A stretch of 43,248 nucleotides of DNA from a virus. Taxonomy: Duplodnaviria; Heunggongvirae; Uroviricota; Caudoviricetes. The notes below the pieces were generated by a model. It was not told the DNA's origin and did no database searches. It saw only the letters and a program-made list of their open reading frames with translations. Shown here in pieces: positions 1-9,092 of this stretch. Every line of letters begins with the position of its first letter. Positions within the stretch are counted from its first letter, which is position 1. The stretch lies in the IMG/VR virus record IMGVR_UViG_3300017788_000010; one strand, written 5' to 3'. Both the position numbers and the translations under genes were made by a program.

Positions 1-315
1 GCAAAGTATCTTCTGTCTACATTCTTCGGACCTCTATCAAACGAGGGATCTACGCACGACTTTAACAAGCGTGACGATAGTCGCCCCGAATATGGTTTTA
101 TGATGCATATCGTTATGAGATCAAGCAAATCAGATAATTTGCTGATCGGTGGCCGGGCTTGGAGAATAGAGGGGCTGCCTGATGGTACTCACAACCTGGC
201 GGTATACGCAACTTATGAAGGAAATATTGGTCTAGCTGACCCAAAGATCAACGATACGCTTGAGCATATTATGGCTGCATCTAGAGCTAAGCCGCAATTA
301 GAAGTCGTACGCTAA
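1..315 (+). CDS. Hypothetical protein, 5'-truncated (frame open from base 1)
   Basis: Frame 1 has no stop from position 1 to TAA at 313-315, so the listed ORF 100..315 is its C-terminal part. A terminator hairpin follows. Confidence 0.6.
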   Translation, partial: AKYLLSTFFGPLSNEGSTHDFNKRDDSRPEYGFMMHIVMRSSKSDNLLIGGRAWRIEGLPDGTHNLAVYATYEGNIGLADPKINDTLEHIMAASRAKPQLEVVR

Positions 316-337
316 CTATAATCATATAACACTATTT

Positions 338-372
338 GAAAGGGGGCTGGTAACAGCCTCCTTTCTTGTTTT
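338..372 (+). terminator. Rho-independent terminator-like hairpin
   Basis: GAAAGGGGGCTG-GTAA-CAGCCTCCTTTC forms a 12-bp stem with one G-U pair and a GNRA loop, followed by TTGTTTT. Confidence 0.7.
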
Positions 373-384
373 CTGGAGGCAGGT

Positions 385-936
385 ATGATCTGGGACAAAC
401 CCATACACGAACAACGATCAATTGATGACTGGCTAGGTGACAAGGATACAGGGGTGCCGCATAGCATGGTCGCTTTGATCAAAGCCGTGCAACCACTTGA
501 ATCCAAAAAGACTTTACTAGAAGCCGTACTTATTAACAGCGTTCTGCTCGTACCTGAGATATCGAAGGGCGCGCTAATAACGATTGCAAAGCTTCTGAAG
601 GCCGCAGCGCCTTATGTGGATATAGCTATGTGGGTGGAGGTACCTAAACTAGCGGATACTCTTAAAAACACCTCCGTGATATCGTGGACCGATACTTCTT
701 TGAGGAAGGCTTATTGTGTCTGCGACATATTGATTGTATCTGATATACCTCCTCCAGACGCACTGGATAAGGGTATAGCGCACGACAGGAAAGAAATAGA
801 GCACATACTAAGCGAGCGACTAAAACTACGTAGCCCGGCGCTCACAATAATCATAGGACCTAATCATCTGACGCTACCTCACGTTAAGCGGCACTCTTTC
901 ATAATGGATGCTCTCGATGACGTCTCAAAGACCTGA
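385..936 (+). CDS. DnaC/IstB-like helicase-loader homolog with degenerate Walker motifs
   Basis: RBS GGAGG at 375-379. 'CDILIVSD...EIEHILSERLKLRSPALTIIIGPN' parallels the DnaC pattern DLLILDD...II..R.....TIITTN. It lies immediately upstream of, and overlaps, dnaB. Confidence 0.45.
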   Translation: MIWDKPIHEQRSIDDWLGDKDTGVPHSMVALIKAVQPLESKKTLLEAVLINSVLLVPEISKGALITIAKLLKAAAPYVDIAMWVEVPKLADTLKNTSVISWTDTSLRKAYCVCDILIVSDIPPPDALDKGIAHDRKEIEHILSERLKLRSPALTIIIGPNHLTLPHVKRHSFIMDALDDVSKT

Positions 937-2254
937 AGCCATATTCATTACTAAGTTGTTGGCTGGAACGAAGCAGGATCTGGTCGACACAATGAAGTTC
1001 GGCTTCGATGCCGCACTGTTTCCAGATCCGTATAAAGACGTTATTGATTTCATACTAGAGTATCAAAATAAGTACGGGGATATACCTGACAAGAAAACTG
1101 TAGAAGAGCGCTTCTCTGTACTTGGTGCAGAAATCCTCTTTACGGACGCGGTGCCTAAAGCTCCTTTGCGCGCTACGTACGATAACGTAGTTAAACAAAG
1201 CGCTAAGGCCGACATAGTTAAGTTCTCTGAAGAACTATATACCAAATACGAGCAGCTAGACGGACTCCAGCTTATCGATCTTGTTGTAAAAGAAACAGGC
1301 AAGCTTACCAATAGATTCCTAAAATCTAGAGGCAGGGTCAGCTCGCTAACCGAGCTGGTTCCTGATCTCAAAGCTAACTACGAAGAGATCATCAGCGGGA
1401 ACGCGGTCGGTATCCCTATACCGTTTCTATTTCTGCAAGAGATGCTGCTAGGCTGGCAACCTGCTGAACTAACCACCGTAGTAGCTAGAACCGGCGTAGG
1501 TAAGACCTGGTTCCTTATGATGAGCATCATAGCAGCCGCTGTAGGCGATCCGTACTTCTTCTATAGACCCCCGGACATATCTCCGCTATCAGAGGAAAGA
1601 AAACGCAAGCTAGCTACCCGGGTATTGGTAGTGAGCTGCGAAATGCCTAGCCTGGATATCGCTAGAAGACTCATGTCTGTGTACGCTCAAACAAGCTTCA
1701 ATAGACTACGCTCAGCTAAGCTCAGCCACGAAGAGAAAGAGCTGTACTTCAGAAAAATGAGCGACGAAGCAGCTGTTCTGATGGGTAACAACATACGTAT
1801 AGTTGGTCCCGAAATAGCCAGCACGCCTGAGCAGATCTTAGCTCAAGCACAGGACTTCGACGCAGCGCTTATAGTCATTGACGGCTTCTACTACATGCAG
1901 GGGCCGGGTGAGCAGCGGTGGGAGAAGGTTCAGGCTAATATGCAACAGATGCGCCTGCATTCACTAATGAGCGGAAAGCATTATCTACTTGCATCACAGT
2001 TTAAGCGTGATGCTAAGACAATACAATCATCCAGCACAGACGATTTAGGCTTCTCGGTCAGTATTGGCCAGGACTCGAATAACGTCATAGGCCTATATCA
2101 ACCCAACGCCTTAGCTAAGGCTAAGCAGCTTGATATGAAGAGCCTGAAGTTCAGAGACGGTGTTCCCAATCAGCCGTACAGATTTAGTTGGGACTTCTAC
2201 AACATGGTGTTTGACCAAATCGGACAGGTAGCAGAAGACAGTGAGGAAGAATAA
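908..2254 (+). CDS. dnaB: Replicative DnaB-like helicase
   Basis: Walker A VVARTGVGKT, H1a LVVSCEM, Walker B LIVIDG, H3 ASQFKR, H4 IGQDSNNVIGL and KFRDG. Confidence 0.9.
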   Translation: MLSMTSQRPEAIFITKLLAGTKQDLVDTMKFGFDAALFPDPYKDVIDFILEYQNKYGDIPDKKTVEERFSVLGAEILFTDAVPKAPLRATYDNVVKQSAKADIVKFSEELYTKYEQLDGLQLIDLVVKETGKLTNRFLKSRGRVSSLTELVPDLKANYEEIISGNAVGIPIPFLFLQEMLLGWQPAELTTVVARTGVGKTWFLMMSIIAAAVGDPYFFYRPPDISPLSEERKRKLATRVLVVSCEMPSLDIARRLMSVYAQTSFNRLRSAKLSHEEKELYFRKMSDEAAVLMGNNIRIVGPEIASTPEQILAQAQDFDAALIVIDGFYYMQGPGEQRWEKVQANMQQMRLHSLMSGKHYLLASQFKRDAKTIQSSSTDDLGFSVSIGQDSNNVIGLYQPNALAKAKQLDMKSLKFRDGVPNQPYRFSWDFYNMVFDQIGQVAEDSEEE

Positions 2255-2304
2255 GTGATTCGCCCCGCTAAACCACACAGAAGAGAAACATCTGTAAAGA
2301 ATGC

Positions 2305-2333
2305 TTGATCATTTTAATAGCGAGACATACTTT
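2305..2333 (+). promoter_or_regulatory. Possible sigma70-like promoter upstream of nrdJ
   Basis: TTGATC (2305-2310), 17-nt spacer, TACTTT (2328-2333), then RBS GGAGGAG before ATG 2357. Confidence 0.35.
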
Positions 2334-2356
2334 AGTACCACATTTGGAGGAGCCTT

Positions 2357-4357
2357 ATGATCACTAGACAGCCGCCCGTTTCTACATCTTTGCAGCTATC
2401 GGATTCCTTTGTTCAGCAGTACGCGAATAAGGAGGTTCCCTGGGGGCCGGTAGGTTATGTTGTATTCAAAAGAACGTATGCACGACCGATCAGTATCACT
2501 ACCCACGGGTATACTTATAACGACACAGAGGAGTGGTACCAGACCTGTCAACGCGCTGTAAACTCTGTTCTTACTATAGGAGCCGGCGCGTTCTCTATTA
2601 AAGAGGCGGAGCGTCTATACGACCACATGTTCAACCTTCGGGCCTGCGTCTCAGGTAGAGCCTTGTGGCAGCTTGGAACGGCCACCGTTGCTAAACTAGG
2701 CGGCGCGTCTCTAAACAACTGCTGGGCCCTCACATTCGATAAACTTGATTCGTTCTTATTCTTGTTCGATATGTTGATGCTTGGGGGTGGCGTAGGATAC
2801 AACATACAAAGAGAGTATGTGTATCAGCTGCCGCCGATTAAGTACAACGTGTCAATTACCAGAAAAGACGACCACGATGTCGACTTCATTGTTCCTGATA
2901 ATCGGGAAGGCTGGGTAGAGCTCCTTAAGCGCGTTCTTGATGCGTTTACATACACCGGTAAGTCTTTCACTTATTCGACGAAATGCTTGCGGGGTAAAGG
3001 CGCGGCTATAAAAGGCTTCGGGGGCGTAGCGTCTGGGCCAGAAGATCTGGTCCGTGGTATATCGCAAATCTGTGATGTGTTGCGCTCTCGTATAGATAAG
3101 CGCCTACGCCCCATAGATGTTCTGGATATAAACAATATCATAGGCACAATAGTAGTTGCCGGTAATGTCCGTCGCTCGGCGCAGATTGCCTGTGGCGACC
3201 CGGATGACTTCAACTTCTTGAGAGCCAAGCGTTGGTCTCGCGGGGATATCCCGGGCTGGCGCGCTATGAGTAACAACACCATAGTAGCCAACTCGTTCGA
3301 TAATATACCGGAAGAGTTTTGGAACGGCTACGGACCTAAAGAAGGTGAGCCCTATGGTCTATTCAATCTGAAACTGGCTCAATCAAAAGGCCGCCTAAAA
3401 GATACCCACAGAAAGGATCCCGAAGTAATCGGAACAAACCCCTGTGCTGAGATAACTCTGGCGGATAAAGAGCCCTGCAATCTGACTGAAATATTCCTAC
3501 CCAACATACGCAGCGTTCCCGAGTTCGTTGAGGTAGCGACATTACTGTTCAAAGTAGCTAAGCTTGTAACAACGCTACCGTATCACTGGGAACTTACGCA
3601 AAACATTATATCTAAGAACCGTCGTATTGGCAGCAGCCTAACTGGCGTAGTTCAGGCGAGTCCGGAACTTCTGTCTACGGAGACGCTCGATTATGTCTAT
3701 AAGTCAATAGAGCTGGCGGATGAGGTTTTCTCAGCCGAGCTTACCAAGGTATTTAAGAAGCCTATCCCGACCTCTATAAAGCTCACCACGATTAAGCCTA
3801 GCGGAAGCTTGAGCTTGCTCGCTGGTGTATCTCCTGGGTGCCACCCGGAATATGCGCCGTACTACATCCGCCGCGTGCGTATGTCGGCTGACGATAAGCT
3901 GGTAAGAGCCTGCTCATTTGCCGGCTATCATGTGGAACAAGTCATCAACCTAGACGGCTCAAAAGATCCTAACACGGTTGCAGTATCGTTCCCGATCAAG
4001 GCGCGCAATCCTGATAAAGTGTCCAAGAACTTCACAGCCATAGACCAACTAGAGCTGGTTAAGTTCTTACAAACAAACTGGTCTGATAACTCAGTATCTT
4101 GCACAATCTACTATAAAACTGAAGAACTCCCTGGCATACAGGAGTGGCTCAGAAATAACTTCAATACGGGCGTTAAATCAGTATCTTTCTTACTACACTC
4201 CGATCACGGGTTCATTCAGGCACCGCTTGAAGAAATAACAGCGGATCAGTTCAATAAGATGTCCTCAAAACTAAAGCCTCTAAGCATAGGCTACGATGTC
4301 GGCGGAGACCTACAGAGCTCTGTCGAATGTGAAGGTGGCGCGTGTCCGATAAAGTAG
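2357..4357 (+). CDS. nrdJ: Class II (adenosylcobalamin-dependent) ribonucleoside-triphosphate reductase
   Basis: N-terminal VVFKRTYAR, SGRALWQLG, LNNCW, VAGNVRRSA, catalytic NPCAEI, TTIKPSGSLSLLAG, NSVSCTIYY and C-terminal redox pair CEGGACPIK. Confidence 0.92.
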   Translation: MITRQPPVSTSLQLSDSFVQQYANKEVPWGPVGYVVFKRTYARPISITTHGYTYNDTEEWYQTCQRAVNSVLTIGAGAFSIKEAERLYDHMFNLRACVSGRALWQLGTATVAKLGGASLNNCWALTFDKLDSFLFLFDMLMLGGGVGYNIQREYVYQLPPIKYNVSITRKDDHDVDFIVPDNREGWVELLKRVLDAFTYTGKSFTYSTKCLRGKGAAIKGFGGVASGPEDLVRGISQICDVLRSRIDKRLRPIDVLDINNIIGTIVVAGNVRRSAQIACGDPDDFNFLRAKRWSRGDIPGWRAMSNNTIVANSFDNIPEEFWNGYGPKEGEPYGLFNLKLAQSKGRLKDTHRKDPEVIGTNPCAEITLADKEPCNLTEIFLPNIRSVPEFVEVATLLFKVAKLVTTLPYHWELTQNIISKNRRIGSSLTGVVQASPELLSTETLDYVYKSIELADEVFSAELTKVFKKPIPTSIKLTTIKPSGSLSLLAGVSPGCHPEYAPYYIRRVRMSADDKLVRACSFAGYHVEQVINLDGSKDPNTVAVSFPIKARNPDKVSKNFTAIDQLELVKFLQTNWSDNSVSCTIYYKTEELPGIQEWLRNNFNTGVKSVSFLLHSDHGFIQAPLEEITADQFNKMSSKLKPLSIGYDVGGDLQSSVECEGGACPIK

Positions 4358-4659
4358 GAATAGAGAACCACATAGAGTTCTCTCTCGTATGTTCTTCCGC
4401 GTTCCGATACGCTCACGGAAGAAAGACATATATAGTAGACTCAGTTATTTCTTTTCTAACAGACGCGTGGCCGCATATAGATCAAAATATACGCACGTTA
4501 ATCCTAGACGAGATATATAAAGAAACACATAATAGATACGCCACCTTCATAGATGGTAAATTGAGCAACGTATATAAAGATCTTGAAGACAAATGGCTAG
4601 ATTTTGCTAATAAACAGGCCTTAATAAGTGCCTCTAAAAATGGCGAAAATAGCCCCTAA
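4342..4659 (+). CDS. Small conserved phage hypothetical protein (AFRYAxGRxTY motif)
   Basis: Fills the gap after nrdJ. The motif AFRYAHGRKTYIV resembles a recurrent small phage protein family (recalled, not searched). Confidence 0.6.
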   Translation: MSDKVGIENHIEFSLVCSSAFRYAHGRKTYIVDSVISFLTDAWPHIDQNIRTLILDEIYKETHNRYATFIDGKLSNVYKDLEDKWLDFANKQALISASKNGENSP

Positions 4660-5029
4660 AGAAGTCATAAGAGATATAGAAGATACCACATTTGGGGACG
4701 CAGATCACTGCTGCGTCCCTAAGTGTTCTAATAAGGCTGATGTCTCATATTCGTCTTCGCTTCAACCGGGATCCAAATGGTGGCTGTGCTCTGCACACCA
4801 CGCTGTCATAGGGTACGTGTATGAGGTGACGGATGGAAAGTTGTCGGATTGGACAAAGGAAAACAAGCTTAGAGCAAAAATAGGCTTGCTACCTACGGCC
4901 AAGATGACCAACGAAGAGTATGTGGCAGATGCGCTCGCTAAGGGGGTTCCAAAAGAATGGCTCATCCCGATAAACGAGAGGTATCCGACAAAGGTGTCGA
5001 CCGTAACTCTTTCCGATCTTCTACCATGA
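4640..5029 (+). CDS. Hypothetical protein with Cys/His cluster (possible Zn finger)
   Basis: CCVPKC...WWLCSAHH. ATG 4640 is preferred over the listed start 4628; the gene overlaps the previous one as in an operon. Confidence 0.55.
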   Translation: MAKIAPKEVIRDIEDTTFGDADHCCVPKCSNKADVSYSSSLQPGSKWWLCSAHHAVIGYVYEVTDGKLSDWTKENKLRAKIGLLPTAKMTNEEYVADALAKGVPKEWLIPINERYPTKVSTVTLSDLLP

Positions 5030-5038
5030 AGGTAACCT

Positions 5039-5173
5039 ATGACCGCACCGCAAGAAGATGATGGGCTGGACTACGACGAAGAAAAAGAGATGCGCCAGGT
5101 GTTTCCTGGCCTGGCTCTTTTGGGCATCACCCTGCTGGTTGTAGGGTTCGTGCTCTGGATCGTAGGCATCTGA
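5039..5173 (+). CDS. 44-aa single-pass membrane protein (below the ORF-track cutoff)
   Basis: MTAPQEDDGLDYDEEKEMRQVFPGLALLGITLLVVGFVLWIVGI*: acidic N-terminus and one hydrophobic helix. AAGG lies upstream, and the ORF ends just before the terminator. Confidence 0.6.
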   Translation: MTAPQEDDGLDYDEEKEMRQVFPGLALLGITLLVVGFVLWIVGI

Positions 5174-5175
5174 AT

Positions 5176-5204
5176 ATCAGGGCGGACACCCGCCCTGATT
5201 TTAT
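5176..5204. terminator. Terminator hairpin between convergent transcription units
   Basis: ATCAGGGCGG-ACAC-CCGCCCTGAT is a perfect 10-bp stem followed by TTTTA. It sits between stop 5173 (+) and stop 5201 (-). Confidence 0.75.
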
Positions 5205-8200
5205 ACCCACGCGCCAATTCTGACGGCGGGACTACTTATACGCCTATTCGCTCGCCAGAAGGTGCCTTGTCGGACCGTGACGGTTCCGTTAGATGTAGCA
5301 GACAAAGCAAACTGAGGGCGCACGGTTCCTGTTGCTGTAACATATATGGTTCCCAACGTGTACCCGTGCGTTGTAGTCTGGGTGCCCGCTGGGGCACCTG
5401 TGGCCGCTGTTTTGAGTATCCTGTGTCCTGTGGTCTGTGCGGTTCCTTGGGTGTTTTCGGCGCCGGCCTGTCCAAAATGGGTATAGGCGATGTCGTATGT
5501 GGCCGTTCCTCCAAACGAGAACGTAAAGCCAGCGCTGGTCGCACCTTTCCCTATCCGCAGCATACCAAAAAACTCATATACACCTGGACTCAGTGTTATG
5601 CCAGGATTAGGAGAAAACCAGTCCTGGGTAGCAGTGCCGTCTACCTTATTGTATGCCGTATGCACATACCTGTAAGCATACATGTCCCTAGCCGGGCTTA
5701 GTCTTCCTGCTGCGTCTAATCCGGGATACCCGCCCGCCGTGTTTTTAGCAGAGGCCTGCTGATACTGCGGGTGGTCGTCATCACTCAATCCAGTCAAAGC
5801 CCCGTGATCGACGGCCCCGGTTGACGGAGAGGCGTTGCGCCACCGCCCCGAGGCAGCGTGGTAAGTAAGTACTTGCCCGTTAGATACGCTTGTTGGAGAT
5901 ACGTCTAGCAGATCAACTACTTTTATGTAGGCTTTTGGTGATAGATTATACCACGTCTCGTCTTCATAAAATAGCAGTTGTCCGTTAGACGGCGTAGTAA
6001 TATCTACGTCTGTCGAGCTGCTTATAGTAGTTTCGTAGAGCTCGTTTACCCAACGCTGAATGCTATTTAACCATACCAAATGATGCCGGTTAGCTAGCGC
6101 AGATATGTGCCCTATTTTAACGTCAGCCGAATTATTTAGTCTCGGTGACTGCCATAGGTTATTCCCGTAAAGCACTTCGCCAGCTGCGGGTGACGCACCT
6201 AGTCTAATAGGAGAAACAATACCAGACGCATCTAGGCCAACATAACCATTGGCCGCGTTTCTTTCTGATCTAAGTTGATACTGGGCGTGATCGTCGTCGC
6301 TCAGCCCTAGCAAAAGACCGTGGTCAATTAATCCAGGAGAGAAGTGCGCTGATATATTCGCTGGGCTGCTACCGCTGGTTTGCCATCTAACGTTTATGGT
6401 ATTAGCCGGAGCTGCCGGTAGCGTGTTATTAAAGTTAGCGTCGTTAACCCCAGCGCTGTTAATAGACACCGAGTCCCCACCAGCAGATGCCGCAGGGAGC
6501 GCTTGCCAAGTACCGTCGCCCCTCAACCACACTCCCGACGATGGTGTATTTGATCCTAGACGTGTAGGTGAGGCTCTGCCGCTGGAATCAAGCCCCATAT
6601 ACCCATTAGCCTGATTCTTCTCAGAACGTAGCTGGTACTGGGTGTGTGGATCGCCAATCGTTAATCCAGAGAGCCCGCTGTGGGATATGTTAGCTGGTGA
6701 TACAAAAGCTTGAATCTTACCGGCCGCGTCGTCGTACACCCACCGGATTGTTGAGGACGGCGATACCATTGCCCCAAAAACATCTTGGGCGCGCTCATCT
6801 GTGAAATACAGATTACTGCCTTCCGCTAGATCGCTGGTTGTTTTTGTAGCTAACCAGGTGTTAGCTCTAGGGGACGTGAGGTATTGAGTGTGCGGATCGC
6901 CGGTGGTTAAACCAGATAGAGAGTTGTGAGATATGTTCGCCGGCGACACGAAAGCCTGAATCTTTCCAGTCGGGTCGTTGTAGCTCCATCTTATAGTAGA
7001 GGAGGGCGATACCATAGCGCCGACAACATCCTGTACCCGCTCGTCTGTATGGTACAGATTTGTGCCTTCGGATAGATTCGTAGTGGACTTGGTACCGAGC
7101 CACGTGTCCGCTCTACCAGCGGTGTGATACTGGGTGTGGTCATCATCGCTCAATCCACCCAAACCACCGTGATCTATACCTGCTGGAGAAAGGACGGCTT
7201 GTATCTTACCTGCTGTATCGTTATACGACCAACGAATCGCAGCGGACGGTGAGACCATTCCACCCACGGCGTCTTGTGCGCGCTCGTCGGTGTAATAAAG
7301 GTTTGCGCCCTCAGCTAGGTCAGTCGTGGATTTGGTGCCTAGCCATGTGTCCGCTCTACCAGCTGTGTGATATTGGGTATGATCGTCGTCTCCCAGACCT
7401 ATTAAGGCGCCGTGATCCGTAACCCCGCCACCAGGAGAAGCCCAAGTATTGTTGGCGAACAGTACCTTACCGGTAGCGGGTGCTGATCCCAGCTTGAGCG
7501 GCGACACGAACCCGGACGAGTCAAGTCCGGGGTATCCGTTGTTCGCGCCCTTCTCTGATCTAAGCTGGTACTGAGTGTGCGGATCGCCTGTTGTCAGATT
7601 AGACAACGCGTTGTGAGGTATATTGGCGGGAGACGCGTGTGCTGAAATAGTGTTACCTGCGTCGTCATAGACCCACCTAATTGTCGATGTTCCTGTTAGA
7701 ATGCTACCTACAGCATCCTGTGCCCTCTCATTGGTAAAGTAGAGATTTGATCCCTCGATCAGGTTCGTAGTAGATTTTGTTCCTAACCAGGTGTCTGCTC
7801 TACCAGCGGTGTGATACTGAGTGTGGTCGTCATCGCCTAAACCACTAAACGCCCCGTGGTCCACAGCTGCCGGGGAAAAGAACGCCCGCAGCTTACCAGC
7901 GGGGTCGCTGTACGTCCACCGAATAGCTGTGGACGGAGACATCATCGCCCCCACAACACCCTGTACTTCCTCAATGTTTGTGACGCTAGTGAAGTTCGGG
8001 GACTCATTCACCCACTTACCAGACGACGAGCGGTATATCAGGATCTGCCCGTTAGCCACTGCTGACGGAGAAACATCGACTAAGGCTCCTAAAGCAAACC
8101 CGGGACTAATCTGATTTGGAGAGTAGCTCAGGCGCCCAGTGACCACTGAAGTTACTAGGCCTGCCGAATTGACAGTTAGGGCTTGTACATACGAGTACGT

Positions 8201-8287
8201 CCCGCCTGTAACGCCGCTGGGTTGTAGTTTGGCTACGCTGACCGACGCCGGCGCAATATCAGGTGATTGAATTCGAGTTCTAGACAT
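5201..8287 (-). CDS. Long tail fibre / receptor-binding protein with modular repeats
   Basis: 1028 aa. Repeated DHGxLxGLxDDDHxQY, HxxLSxLTxGDPHTQY, TTxLxEGxNLYxTDERxQD, NGYxGLDxSG and LxDV...NGQxLxY...WxN units, plus a distinct beta-rich C-terminal domain. Confidence 0.75.
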   Translation of the reverse strand: MSRTRIQSPDIAPASVSVAKLQPSGVTGGTYSYVQALTVNSAGLVTSVVTGRLSYSPNQISPGFALGALVDVSPSAVANGQILIYRSSSGKWVNESPNFTSVTNIEEVQGVVGAMMSPSTAIRWTYSDPAGKLRAFFSPAAVDHGAFSGLGDDDHTQYHTAGRADTWLGTKSTTNLIEGSNLYFTNERAQDAVGSILTGTSTIRWVYDDAGNTISAHASPANIPHNALSNLTTGDPHTQYQLRSEKGANNGYPGLDSSGFVSPLKLGSAPATGKVLFANNTWASPGGGVTDHGALIGLGDDDHTQYHTAGRADTWLGTKSTTDLAEGANLYYTDERAQDAVGGMVSPSAAIRWSYNDTAGKIQAVLSPAGIDHGGLGGLSDDDHTQYHTAGRADTWLGTKSTTNLSEGTNLYHTDERVQDVVGAMVSPSSTIRWSYNDPTGKIQAFVSPANISHNSLSGLTTGDPHTQYLTSPRANTWLATKTTSDLAEGSNLYFTDERAQDVFGAMVSPSSTIRWVYDDAAGKIQAFVSPANISHSGLSGLTIGDPHTQYQLRSEKNQANGYMGLDSSGRASPTRLGSNTPSSGVWLRGDGTWQALPAASAGGDSVSINSAGVNDANFNNTLPAAPANTINVRWQTSGSSPANISAHFSPGLIDHGLLLGLSDDDHAQYQLRSERNAANGYVGLDASGIVSPIRLGASPAAGEVLYGNNLWQSPRLNNSADVKIGHISALANRHHLVWLNSIQRWVNELYETTISSSTDVDITTPSNGQLLFYEDETWYNLSPKAYIKVVDLLDVSPTSVSNGQVLTYHAASGRWRNASPSTGAVDHGALTGLSDDDHPQYQQASAKNTAGGYPGLDAAGRLSPARDMYAYRYVHTAYNKVDGTATQDWFSPNPGITLSPGVYEFFGMLRIGKGATSAGFTFSFGGTATYDIAYTHFGQAGAENTQGTAQTTGHRILKTAATGAPAGTQTTTHGYTLGTIYVTATGTVRPQFALSATSNGTVTVRQGTFWRANRRISSPAVRIGAWV

Positions 8288-9092
8288 AGTTTACACCACG
8301 TGTGTAGGAAGCTACAAGCACGTCTGTTGCCTCTGGAGTATTCGGAGAGGTAAATAAAACAGTGGATCCTGATAAAGTATAGTCAAAAGGCGACCCAGCT
8401 TTTTGAATAAGGCCGTTCTTGTAGAGTAAAAGGCTGTTAACAGGAACCGGCATGTACGATATTGAAAATGATCTGTTAATACCGTTCCGTAGTCCAACAG
8501 GACTTTCGTTATACACGTGAATGTAGAACGTAGGTCCGGCAGTGTAAGAAGCCGCCAACACATCAACAGTTGTTGGAGCAATAGGCGATACAACAGTCAC
8601 GGTTCGTCCAGATAACCAATAATCAAACGGCGAGCCTTGTTTCAAAAGCAGGCCGTTTCTGAATAAGGCCAAGCTGTCTGTAGGTACCGGAGATTTGGCT
8701 AACGTGAACGTGCGGTTGGTGCCGTTTCTGGTTCCTACGGGAGACTCGTTCCAAACATAAACAGACAGTCCTGCGGCAACAACGAGATCATCCAACCTTA
8801 TCTTGTCAGCTGATGACATGAACCCGGCCGTTACTGTCGTAACCACAGAGTGTAACATGCCTCCAGCCTGATTACCGTGCGTAACGGCGTGAGCGTGGTC
8901 AGCCCTAGCAGCCTCCTCGCTCGTGCCGGAAGATCCTGAGCCGCCTAGGGTTAGGCCTACCGGTACATCATTAGACAGATCAACCCCAGTAAAATTCAAG
9001 GAATTAACTAGATTAGTAAACTCCTCCTCAGTTATACTAGAAGAACCGACAGGCCTTGCGACAGGCTGCCCTCTGATGTTAATACGCCTCAC
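8280..9092 (-). CDS. Tail-fibre-associated structural protein with tandem duplicated domain
   Basis: GTG start with RBS GAGGGA. Fibre-type motif AARADHAH...AGFMSSADKIRLD. Two copies of NESPVGxRNGxNRxF...NGLxxKxGSPFDYxLSG.TV...DVLxASYT. Confidence 0.65.
   Translation of the reverse strand: MRRINIRGQPVARPVGSSSITEEEFTNLVNSLNFTGVDLSNDVPVGLTLGGSGSSGTSEEAARADHAHAVTHGNQAGGMLHSVVTTVTAGFMSSADKIRLDDLVVAAGLSVYVWNESPVGTRNGTNRTFTLAKSPVPTDSLALFRNGLLLKQGSPFDYWLSGRTVTVVSPIAPTTVDVLAASYTAGPTFYIHVYNESPVGLRNGINRSFSISYMPVPVNSLLLYKNGLIQKAGSPFDYTLSGSTVLFTSPNTPEATDVLVASYTRGVNYV

Noticed and set aside
5236-5701. + strand ORFs 5236..5544, 5267..5701 and 5490..5675
   Set aside because: Shadow ORFs opposite the fibre C-terminal domain, with no RBS or recognisable motifs.
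5201-8287. CRISPR array or diversity-generating retroelement in the repeated DNA
   Set aside because: The repeats are in-frame protein modules with mixed synonymous changes and no repeat-spacer periodicity. No reverse transcriptase or TR/VR pair is in the window.
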